From a virus (taxonomy: Duplodnaviria > Caudoviricetes): a stretch of 64,000 nucleotides of DNA. The stretch spans positions 32,001 to 96,000 of IMG/VR virus record IMGVR_UViG_3300043438_000518; one strand, 5' to 3'. The notes under the pieces are model-generated. The model had not been told where the DNA came from. It ran no database searches and saw only the letters and a list, made by a program, of their open reading frames with translations. Made by a program: the position numbers and the translations under genes. This document shows positions 57,295-64,000 of the stretch, one piece after another; within the stretch, counting starts at the first letter, position 1, and each line of letters begins with the position of its first letter.

Positions 57295-57333
57295 AAATGT
57301 TTTTTTTGGTTTTTTGTTTTTTTGTTTAATTTG

Positions 57334-57408
57334 TGGTAGCCCCTGGGTGAATCGAACACACCATCTCTAGGATGAAATCCTATTGTCCTACCATTAGACG
57401 AAAGGGCC
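57334..57408 (-). tRNA. tRNA-Glu(TTC)
   Basis: GGCCCTT/AGGGGCT acceptor stem, GTC/GAC D-stem, TAGG-ATTTCAT-CCTA anticodon arm, TTCGATT loop, encoded CCA. Confidence 0.85.
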
Positions 57409-57437
57409 AATTACACTTTAACCTTAAGTGTGAAGGA

Positions 57438-57587
57438 TTAGTCTATGCCTACTTCTTTAGCAGCATAATAAGCAGAGAAAGCTCGGCTTACACCTTGCTT
57501 TCTAAAATACCTGTAGAAATCCAAGAACTCCGCTAAGAGTCCATAAGATTTAGCTACATACCAATGTTCTAAGAATTGATCTTTCAT
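57438..57587 (-). CDS. Small hypothetical protein (49 aa, not in the ORF track)
   Basis: MKDQFLEHWYVAKSYGLL...; ATGA overlap with the upstream gene. Confidence 0.5.
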   Translation of the reverse strand: MKDQFLEHWYVAKSYGLLAEFLDFYRYFRKQGVSRAFSAYYAAKEVGID

Positions 57588-57769
57588 AATATTTCAGTTA
57601 AAGAGTTAATTTCTGCTTTAAGAGTTTCTATGTAACGTTCTTGATCTCTTACCCAATTCTCTTCACCAGAATCCATAGAAGGTACTGTAAAACAAAATAG
57701 GTCATTCTCTGCAGCATTTAGTTCTTGATACAAGTAAGTCAATCGGTCTTGAATGTCTTCAGTGTTCAT
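57584..57769 (-). CDS. Hypothetical protein
   Basis: 61-aa acidic coiled-coil ORF. Confidence 0.55.
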   Translation of the reverse strand: MNTEDIQDRLTYLYQELNAAENDLFCFTVPSMDSGEENWVRDQERYIETLKAEINSLTEIL

Positions 57770-57993
57770 AATGTAATTAGATTAAGTTCTTCTTTAAGTT
57801 GATTAAAAGGGTTGTGTTCAGTAATTCTGTTTAGTGCTACTCTTAAGTCTTGAGTTTGTTCTAAATAAAACTCATCAGAGATGTTGCCTAACTCATACTC
57901 TTCATCTAGTCTTTCTAAGAAGAAGTATAAGCGGTTAATCTTCATGATGATCACACTAACAGCTAAGGCTTCTACAAATTCTTCTGGGTTCAT
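57766..57993 (-). CDS. Hypothetical protein
   Basis: 75-aa ORF. Confidence 0.55.
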   Translation of the reverse strand: MNPEEFVEALAVSVIIMKINRLYFFLERLDEEYELGNISDEFYLEQTQDLRVALNRITEHNPFNQLKEELNLITL

Positions 57994-58085
57994 AGTTTTG
58001 AGATTACTAGATAGTTAGCATAAGCATCTTCATAAGTCAATGCCCAAATTCTGTAGCCGTCAATGATAAATAGTTGTTTTTCCAT
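57990..58085 (-). CDS. Micro-protein (31 aa, not in the ORF track)
   Basis: MEKQLFIIDGYRIWALTYEDAYANYLVISKL; coupled by TAATG and ATGA overlaps. Confidence 0.55.
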   Translation of the reverse strand: MEKQLFIIDGYRIWALTYEDAYANYLVISKL

Positions 58086-58261
58086 TAGTTTTTAAAAGGT
58101 TTAGAATCTACTATTATAGAGCCAATGCCTGTAGCAATGGCTCCAATAGAGAAGAAGTTAGAGATAACGGTCAAGCCCATTTGTTCGCTTAGGTATGCTG
58201 CTAGAATAGCAACAATACAAGCAATCCCTAATAGAAGGGAAAGTAAAGTAAGTCTTTTCAT
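58085..58261 (-). CDS. Small membrane protein with two transmembrane helices (58 aa, not in the ORF track)
   Basis: MKRLTLLSLLLGIACIVAILAAYL...; coupled on both sides. Confidence 0.55.
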   Translation of the reverse strand: MKRLTLLSLLLGIACIVAILAAYLSEQMGLTVISNFFSIGAIATGIGSIIVDSKPFKN

Positions 58262-58491
58262 GCTTCTTGGCTTAAATAGTAAATAGTACCGATAATAGTA
58301 AACACACCTACTATAAAAGTAGTAATGCCTGTATTAAACAACCCATAGAAACATTCAGTAATACTTCCTGCTCCTGAAAGATTTCCAATGATAGCAAGAA
58401 AGAAGTTAAAAATAGTAGTAGTAACTACTAAGAAGACGATTGGAAGAACTACTATCAGCAGTGCTTTCCACATAAATTTAAGTATATTCAT
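58258..58491 (-). CDS. Small membrane protein with two transmembrane helices
   Basis: 77-aa hydrophobic ORF. Confidence 0.6.
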   Translation of the reverse strand: MNILKFMWKALLIVVLPIVFLVVTTTIFNFFLAIIGNLSGAGSITECFYGLFNTGITTFIVGVFTIIGTIYYLSQEA

Positions 58492-58514
58492 ATCTGTTTT
58501 GTTCTAATTAAGAG

Positions 58515-58537
58515 AAAAGGGGATTATTAGTCCCCTT
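58515..58537 (-). terminator. Intrinsic terminator
   Basis: AAGGGGA-TTATTAG-TCCCCTT hairpin with a U-tract on the minus strand. Confidence 0.65.
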
Positions 58538-58829
58538 ATAGATTTTTTGCAAGCACTAAAATTTCTACTAAATCATCAGTACTTACACGAGGGTTAACAT
58601 CTGTACCGTCTGGAGTGATAGTCAGATTACCATCATAATAAACATACCAGTTACCATCTTTGTCTATGACAGCAACTTCAGCAGTTGTTACACCCTGATC
58701 ACAGTAATGACCTGTACCAAATCTTACGCTTACATAAACTTTGTTAGCAAACGTAAGACAAAAACCTTCGTCAATAAAGTCTTTAGAGAATCCACGAGTA
58801 GTCTCTTTAATAGTAATGTAGTTATTCAT
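58536..58829 (-). CDS. Hypothetical phage protein
   Basis: GFxLTFxN..VSVxFG.GHYC..AEVAV pattern. Confidence 0.65.
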   Translation of the reverse strand: MNNYITIKETTRGFSKDFIDEGFCLTFANKVYVSVRFGTGHYCDQGVTTAEVAVIDKDGNWYVYYDGNLTITPDGTDVNPRVSTDDLVEILVLAKNL

Positions 58830-58856
58830 ATCTGTATTTATCTGTATTTTTTAAAG

Positions 58857-59267
58857 TTATCCGCAATAAGGATCTTCTTCATCCATCCAATTATCAGTGT
58901 TGAACATCATATTAAATTGTTCTGCTTGCTCTATAAGAGCTTCAAGGTCAAAAATACTGAAGCCACTAATTTGCTTAGCATAGTCATTAACCTTAATGTA
59001 GATAGCATTAAGTCTTTCAAGTTCCAGGAGATTATCCTTAACCATTTGTTCTTTTGTCCTACTCATAGTTTGGTCTATTACATAACAGGCAAGATCAGCA
59101 AGAATTTTTGCTTTATCTTCGGTCAGTTCAAGTTCAGTCATAAAGAAACTAATAGCTTGATAATACCCAAGAGTATTAACAATTTGCTTAGCAGTGTCTT
59201 TAAGTTCATCATTCATACCATCTAACATGATAGTATGTTCATCGGTTAGTTTAAATGTATTTTCCAT
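58857..59267 (-). CDS. Hypothetical acidic protein
   Basis: 136-aa ORF, first gene downstream of the ribozyme. Confidence 0.6.
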   Translation of the reverse strand: MENTFKLTDEHTIMLDGMNDELKDTAKQIVNTLGYYQAISFFMTELELTEDKAKILADLACYVIDQTMSRTKEQMVKDNLLELERLNAIYIKVNDYAKQISGFSIFDLEALIEQAEQFNMMFNTDNWMDEEDPYCG

Positions 59268-59323
59268 TTCTATATCTGTTTTAGTTTAGTTTATACTAAT
59301 TGGTATTATACCATAAGGTATAA

Positions 59324-59438
59324 TTTACTTCCATCTGCACTCAGTTGTAACAAGGCTACATGTTACCTTGCTTAGGGATTAATGTTTTCATTACAACTGC
59401 TCACCCTTTGGAAGTGAGTTGTGGTGCATTAAAGTAAA
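59324..59438 (-). ncRNA. Twister ribozyme (P1 type with extended P5), copy 1
   Basis: P1 UUUACUU/AAGUAAA; UAA; P2 UGCA/UGCA; P4 CUCAC/GUGAG with loop UUCCAAAGG; P5 CAGUUGUAA/UUACAACUG; GA-UGG pairs with loop CCA. Confidence 0.82.
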
Positions 59439-59445
59439 GGGGTTG

Positions 59446-59616
59446 TTACACCCCATATAGAGAATTATGAATCTTATATAGAACACCATTATCTTCAAAG
59501 ACCATCCAATACTGATAATTAACATCAAGTCTTGTTTGTCCTTTAAATTCAGGATTCTTTAAGTTCATGTAATCAGACGAACTGATTTCCTTTGCAATGT
59601 TTAATAGATTTTCCAT
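59446..59616 (-). CDS. Small hypothetical protein (56 aa) between the two ribozymes
   Basis: MENLLNIAKEISS...; ATG at 59616 preceded by an A-rich leader, preferred over the TTG at 59736. Confidence 0.55.
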   Translation of the reverse strand: MENLLNIAKEISSSDYMNLKNPEFKGQTRLDVNYQYWMVFEDNGVLYKIHNSLYGV

Positions 59617-60047
59617 ATGTATATTGTTTGTTTTAATTTCAAAATAAAAAAGCAGTTTAAACACTTGCTTAGGTGTAGATACAATAGCACTAATATTAAT
59701 AATACAAAAATTATTAACATTACCCCTTAGATTCAATAAGACAACCGATTTGACTTACGTCCAGTAGTCTCTCCCCTAATAGGCCGTTACAAAGTAACAT
59801 TTGTCTGCTATTACAGTAACACAGTAAGTGTCACTTTGTAGAGCTGTATCTGTAGCTCAACAGAAACCTGGTTCTTAAATTATAATCCCTATGAACCAGG
59901 AAGTTCAGGACATTATCTACAAGAGGCAGATACTCAACAGTTATTTCGTGCTGTAACACAAGTTATACTGATAAACTTAAGCTGGTCTTTTATGTAAAAT
60001 GGCTTACTTGCTTAAGGTAAGTTAAAAACTGCCTGCTTACGCTCCGG

Positions 60048-60216
60048 CTACTCCACTCTGCATTCAATTGTAATAAAAAGCCAATAACACAAAAATGTTA
60101 TCCGTTTGGGGCAACTAATTGTTCACCTATAAATAGGTTTAGTGTTTATCCATGCTTTATATCTCGTTACTACAATTGCCGGTCCTTGTGAAACCGGTTA
60201 TGATGCATTAAAGTAA
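60048..60216 (-). ncRNA. Twister ribozyme (P1 type with extended P5), copy 2
   Basis: P1 UUACUU/GAGUAG; UAA; P2 UGCA/UGCA; P4 CCGGU/ACCGG with loop UUCACAAGG; P5 CAAUUGUA/UACAAUUG; GA-GUG pairs with loop CAC. Confidence 0.82.
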
Positions 60217-60496
60217 GACAGTTTCACTTCGCATTATATCTGTCTTGAACCCCGCTTCTAGGGTTTTATTAACCAAGCAAAACTTTCGCTTAGCATTAGA
60301 TAACGTCTCTGATACAAGAGACGAATAAGAATAACAGATAACAACTTATAAGAGATTATATAAGAGGTTATCTGTTAGTAGGGTTAGTTAAGATTTAACT
60401 TTTTAGTCATATCACAACCTAAAAGGCATTAAAATCCACTATTTTGGACAGTTAGAAAGAAGATAGAGAGGGAAGAATCCCTTATTTCTAATGTAA

Positions 60497-60564
60497 AAAA
60501 GTTAAACAAAACATGATTTGTCTCCGATTTTCCCGGGTTTAGACTTTCAAAAGTTAAACAAAAC
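60497..60564. repeat. 16-bp direct repeat AAAAGTTAAACAAAAC (two copies)
   Basis: Exact copies at 60497-60512 and 60549-60564. Confidence 0.75.
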
Positions 60565-60744
60565 CTATTTTACCTACATTTCATGACATTTCTATGACAA
60601 TTGATAGATTGATGTCTTGATTTGTCGATTGATAGTTTGATGTGTACTTCCCCGAAAGTCAGGAGGCAATCAGGCGTTAGCATAAAACACTACCATGCCG
60701 CAGGCATACCATTTTAACAGAGGCAATTTGCGACCTTACTAACG

Positions 60745-60767
60745 AAAAAGGGGGACAGAGTCCCCCC
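60745..60767 (-). terminator. Intrinsic terminator
   Basis: GGGGGAC-AGA-GTCCCCC with a U-tract on the minus strand, after the ORF ending at 60779. Confidence 0.75.
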
Positions 60768-60778
60768 GAAGGCAATCA

Positions 60779-61078
60779 TTAGCCGATGCTTACGTCCCAG
60801 AAGCGAGGGTAGTCAACACCGTTTACGGTAGTCACGTTCTTGAAGGTAGCGTAGATGCTTCCGCCAAATTGCTTCGCTTGAAGTAGGTCGCCAAACTTGT
60901 AGTCGGAACTGCTACCGATAAGGATTTCCAACTTGCTGTCTTTGTAGGAGACAGTTGCGAAGGTGAAGTTGTTACGTACTCTGAACGAACGCATCGAGAA
61001 GATGTACTCTGTTTCAGGTACGAAAGAAATTGTTGGGGCTGCGCCAGCAGCATCTGTTGTGTTAGTTTTGGTTGTCAT
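60779..61078 (-). CDS. Hypothetical protein (probable first/early gene)
   Basis: 99 aa; ACAGAT-ATG leader, own terminator, visibly higher GC than the rest of the window. Confidence 0.65.
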   Translation of the reverse strand: MTTKTNTTDAAGAAPTISFVPETEYIFSMRSFRVRNNFTFATVSYKDSKLEILIGSSSDYKFGDLLQAKQFGGSIYATFKNVTTVNGVDYPRFWDVSIG

Positions 61079-61209
61079 ATCTGTATGTATTAAAGGTTTC
61101 GGTTGTCAGTCTACCACGGGGGTAGAGGCAAGTGCCGAAGGCATACGGGGATAGTGAAGGTGGACACCCCCACCCTCTCATAGATATAAAGTGGGGGGGT
61201 TCTAAAATT

Positions 61210-61238
61210 TTGAAAAAAATTTTTTTAGTTTACCTTTG
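61210..61238 (+). promoter_or_regulatory. Bacteroidota sigma-A-type promoter
   Basis: TTG-N18-TACCTTTG, 5 nt before the ATG at 61244. Confidence 0.55.
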
Positions 61239-61243
61239 AACCC

Positions 61244-61819
61244 ATGAAAAAACTAGTCTTTATCTTATCTTTCTTTCTTTCCTTACAAGGGTTCTCTCAG
61301 AGGGATTCTGTTTATGTTAAGACCTCTATCTATTCTTGTGTGTATTCAGAGGTGTTACAACAGCCTAAGCGAGTTTGGTACACTGTTCAATGCCCTCTAG
61401 GTTCTTATCCTAGAAAAGGAATGGACTTCTACACTAACGATTCAGTAAGGACTTCAGATGGTAAGGACTATGAGGCTAATGTATGGGATAAAGGACATTG
61501 TGCTCCAGCAGCTGACTTTAACTGCGATAGAGATAGACTATGGGCTACCTTCTCTTACCTTAATTGTGTTCTTCAACACGAGAGATTAAACAGAGGTGCT
61601 TGGAGACTTCTAGAAGTCAGAGAAAGAGAACTAGCTAAGTCTCAGGTTGTCGAGGTAGAGATTAAAATGGTCTACTCTAAGAGCAGTTTAAAATTGCCAA
61701 CAGGAGCTACAGTCCCTGATGGATTCTTAAAGACTATCAAGTACGGCAAAGTAAAAGAAGTTTACTATTTCAAGAACGAAGATCCAGGTACCACCGATTA
61801 CTTAAGGTTTAGGAAGTAA
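61244..61819 (+). CDS. Secreted DNA/RNA non-specific endonuclease (NucA/Endonuclease_NS family)
   Basis: Signal peptide; DKGHCAPA, TFSYLN..Q...LNRGAW..LE and VP..FxK motifs. Confidence 0.88.
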   Translation: MKKLVFILSFFLSLQGFSQRDSVYVKTSIYSCVYSEVLQQPKRVWYTVQCPLGSYPRKGMDFYTNDSVRTSDGKDYEANVWDKGHCAPAADFNCDRDRLWATFSYLNCVLQHERLNRGAWRLLEVRERELAKSQVVEVEIKMVYSKSSLKLPTGATVPDGFLKTIKYGKVKEVYYFKNEDPGTTDYLRFRK

Positions 61820-62005
61820 ACGACCAAAGGTTATATTACTTCTAACCGTTAAGTCCTTATGAGTAAACTGCCACATCTCTCCACTGTCTAGGATGACTGT
61901 GTATATGGTATCGGTTTCATAACCATAGTCTGTTACTAGCCATATTATTCCTTTGCCTTTAGGGGTATTTACTTCTAAGCGATTTGTAGGTTCAAAAATT
62001 ATCAT
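61802..62005 (-). CDS. Hypothetical phage protein
   Basis: TPKGKG...DYGYE...NITFGR; 67 aa. Confidence 0.6.
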   Translation of the reverse strand: MIIFEPTNRLEVNTPKGKGIIWLVTDYGYETDTIYTVILDSGEMWQFTHKDLTVRSNITFGRLLPKP

Positions 62006-62673
62006 AAGTAAGTGTCTCTTTTACATAAATTTAAGTAGAGTGTTTTGTCTTCAGACCACTCCTTTCCTGTCCACCATTCAAAGCCTTTAAAGTCTGCCTT
62101 GTAAGCTGAAGCTAATTCGTAGCCTCCTAAAAGGTAGACGTGATTACATCTAAAGAACTGGGCTATTCTACACTCGAATAACTGAGACACATTACCTAAG
62201 GATAGTTTTGGGTTTTCATAATCCCACAGAAACTGGTAAGAGACTAAAGTCCTTCCAGTAGTGTCTTTGTATAGTTTAAAGATATTAGCTCCTACTAGTT
62301 TTTCTTCGTAGTAATAAAGCAGACATTCAAATCCTTTAAAATCTTCTAGGTTTATATCTCTTTTAAAACTGTGTTTGTCTGTGTACTTTCTATAAATAGG
62401 CTCTAGAAGAGTTAAAACTTCTTCTGATACAAAGTGCAGAGAGTATTGTATTTGTTTGCTTAGTTTTTTTACAGTTTTAGTAGGCTCATAGTCTTCTACT
62501 CTAAGTCGAACAGACCTTAGATTATACCAGTAGTCTTGCCACTCTACCCATCCCTCACTTAGATAGGTTAGATAAGTAGTATCTAAGGCTATTCCTTTGG
62601 GGTCAGAGAAGATAAAGTCTTCTTTTGTGACCTTACCGTACCCTGTTATATGATCAAAGATAACCTGTATCAT
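62002..62673 (-). CDS. Aminoacyl-tRNA-protein transferase-like protein (ATE1/Bpt-like)
   Basis: RSVRL...F.WDY..PKLSLG...E...VYL..GY....YKADF pattern of the ATE C-terminal domain. Confidence 0.65.
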   Translation of the reverse strand: MIQVIFDHITGYGKVTKEDFIFSDPKGIALDTTYLTYLSEGWVEWQDYWYNLRSVRLRVEDYEPTKTVKKLSKQIQYSLHFVSEEVLTLLEPIYRKYTDKHSFKRDINLEDFKGFECLLYYYEEKLVGANIFKLYKDTTGRTLVSYQFLWDYENPKLSLGNVSQLFECRIAQFFRCNHVYLLGGYELASAYKADFKGFEWWTGKEWSEDKTLYLNLCKRDTYL

Positions 62674-62756
62674 AACTTTATCATAGCTCTATTATAGTTC
62701 TATTGTAAATCAAAGATAGTTAATTAAACAAAAACCACTCTTCTACTTAAGTTTTC

Positions 62757-62786
62757 TTGACTTATTTTTTTAAAGAGCTATTTTTG
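62757..62786 (+). promoter_or_regulatory. Bacteroidota sigma-A-type promoter
   Basis: TTG-N19-TATTTTTG. Confidence 0.65.
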
Positions 62787-62790
62787 TTCT

Positions 62791-62926
62791 TAGGGGGAGA
62801 TCTGTGTTTTTCTTGGAGTTACGATTGTTTTGTGACTAGTTTCTTTAGCCATGTTTTTGGAGGGTTACTAGGTAGGGATTCAGATCTTTCTCCTTTCATG
62901 TATTCCCCTACCTAGAACCCTTTTTT
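62791..62926 (+). ncRNA. Putative small RNA or leader (promoter to terminator-like hairpin)
   Basis: Promoter upstream; long stem 62861-62878/62904-62921 followed by a T-tract; no ORF. Confidence 0.5.
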
Positions 62927-62949
62927 AGTTTATAAACTTCTAAATTTAT

Positions 62950-63324
62950 ATGCGTAACAACTTCTTTCAGACACCTGGCTACGCTACAGACTTAGTAAAT
63001 GTAATTATTAAGGGGTTTTCGGAGAAGACTTATGTTTGTCCTCATGACTGGCAGCAGTTATACACTTTCAAAGAAAGAGTAGGAATAAAGATAAGAAGAG
63101 AAGGACATAAATGGTTTGTCTTACTTAGAGGAGGAGATAACTACGGAGGAGAATTTGAAACACAGGTTATAGAAGATAACACAGTTACTTGTTCTAAGCC
63201 TAGGTTTGAGGGTCCCTACCAGAAGTTAGGCTTTCTTAAGTACGAAGGCCAATCCGCTAAGGGTACTTTTCTAGAAGATGGTTATATTTTAAATGAAGAA
63301 GGTCAATATATAGTTTACGAATAA
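62950..63324 (+). CDS. Hypothetical protein
   Basis: 124-aa ORF. Confidence 0.6.
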   Translation: MRNNFFQTPGYATDLVNVIIKGFSEKTYVCPHDWQQLYTFKERVGIKIRREGHKWFVLLRGGDNYGGEFETQVIEDNTVTCSKPRFEGPYQKLGFLKYEGQSAKGTFLEDGYILNEEGQYIVYE

Positions 63325-63335
63325 GTAAGAATAAC

Positions 63336-63944
63336 ATGAATTACAAAGTTTCCCAACTACAACCACTAACAGGTCCTGAAATTGCAGGAGAAGATCTTCT
63401 GTTATTAATTGACGTCAATCCCACTACAGGAAACGTAAGATCTCGTAAAGTTAGAGTAGAAGACTTAGTAGACTTTCGTTTACTTAATTCTGGTTTAAGT
63501 AATTTTGTTCTATTATCAGGGTCTTATGCCAATCCTTCCTTTATTACTTCGTTAGACTGGAACAAAATCATCAATACTCCAGACACTTTAGCGGAATATG
63601 GCATTACAGACGCCTATACCAAGACACAAGTGGACAATTTATTGGACACTGTAGAAGGAAATCAGATTGCTTCTATGTCTATTACAGGAGCAGAGACCAA
63701 AAGTTTAAACTTACACCAAGTAGATGGAGGCGTAGTAAGCGTTTCTTACGTAGATACTTACACTCACACTCAAAGTTCTCCTATTAGTACCTGGACTATC
63801 ACTCATAACATGAACAAATACCCTTCGGTAACGATTGTAGATTCAGCAGGAACTACCGTGGATGGCTCGGTAGATTACATTAGTTTAAATGCAGTAACTA
63901 TTAATTTCTGTGGAGCGTTCAGTGGTAAAGCTTACTTTAACTAA
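63336..63944 (+). CDS. Virion structural protein (tail/head fibre-like)
   Basis: KVSQL N-terminus, PDTLAEYGITDAYTK fibre repeat, WTITHN..YPSVTIVD...FSGKAY C-terminal domain. Confidence 0.65.
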   Translation: MNYKVSQLQPLTGPEIAGEDLLLLIDVNPTTGNVRSRKVRVEDLVDFRLLNSGLSNFVLLSGSYANPSFITSLDWNKIINTPDTLAEYGITDAYTKTQVDNLLDTVEGNQIASMSITGAETKSLNLHQVDGGVVSVSYVDTYTHTQSSPISTWTITHNMNKYPSVTIVDSAGTTVDGSVDYISLNAVTINFCGAFSGKAYFN

Positions 63945-63975
63945 AATAAACAAAACAAAATAAAAATATAAAATC

Positions 63976-64000
63976 ATGTCAAAAAAATTCTTATCTGGCA
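63976..64000 (+). CDS. Start of the next gene (partial)
   Basis: A-rich leader followed by ATG (MSKKFLSG). Confidence 0.45.

Noticed and set aside
55100-57333. Theta (HDV-like) ribozymes after the tRNAs
   Set aside because: Sequences 3' of both CCA ends are A-rich and lack the HDV-like nested pseudoknot.
29699-59225. Plus-strand ORFs opposite the minus-strand block (e.g. 29699-29974, 35177-35437, 57032-57370, 58707-59225)
   Set aside because: They are antisense shadows of well-supported genes or a tRNA.
59850-59960. Hammerhead ribozyme (CUGUUGAG and CGAAA on the minus strand)
   Set aside because: The core would need CUGANGA with stem II leading to GAAA; both sequence and order do not fit.
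1-64000. Stop-codon reassignment, as seen in some crAss-like phages
   Set aside because: Very long ORFs are intact under the standard code; TAA, TAG and TGA all end genes; no suppressor tRNA was seen.
1-64000. Diversity-generating retroelement or retron
   Set aside because: No reverse transcriptase motifs and no template/variable repeat pair were seen.

Overview
This window is about 64 kb of an AT-rich crAss-like (Crassvirales-type) dsDNA phage genome. The host is most likely a Bacteroidota, inferred from TTG-N18/19-TAnnTTTG promoters, A-rich leaders without Shine-Dalgarno sites and a T9SS-like sorting signal. The + strand from 1 to 25 kb carries virion cargo genes, including a 4563-aa virion RNA polymerase polyprotein (DFDID motif) and a 2111-aa partner, then holin/spanin-like genes and a metallophosphoesterase. 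The - strand from 25 to 61 kb carries replication and nucleotide genes (PolA, primase, DnaB, SSB, AAA ATPase, UDG, ThyA, dCMP deaminase), many small accessory ORFs and two tRNAs (Leu-TAA, Glu-TTC). A highly structured non-coding region at 59.3-61.2 kb probably includes the genome end. The genetic code appears standard. Main observations: (1) two covarying twister-ribozyme folds bracket a ~780-nt structured RNA; (2) several terminator-proximal RNA segments are antisense to translation start sites, one matching an EF-Tu-like start (MAKET); (3) a small-gene array is joined by repeated GGAGGTAACAATGAGCAACAATAAACAACAAAC-like junctions; (4) AlkB, macro-like, ART-like and zincin modules are fused into the large virion proteins. 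All calls come from reading motifs by eye; no database searches were run.
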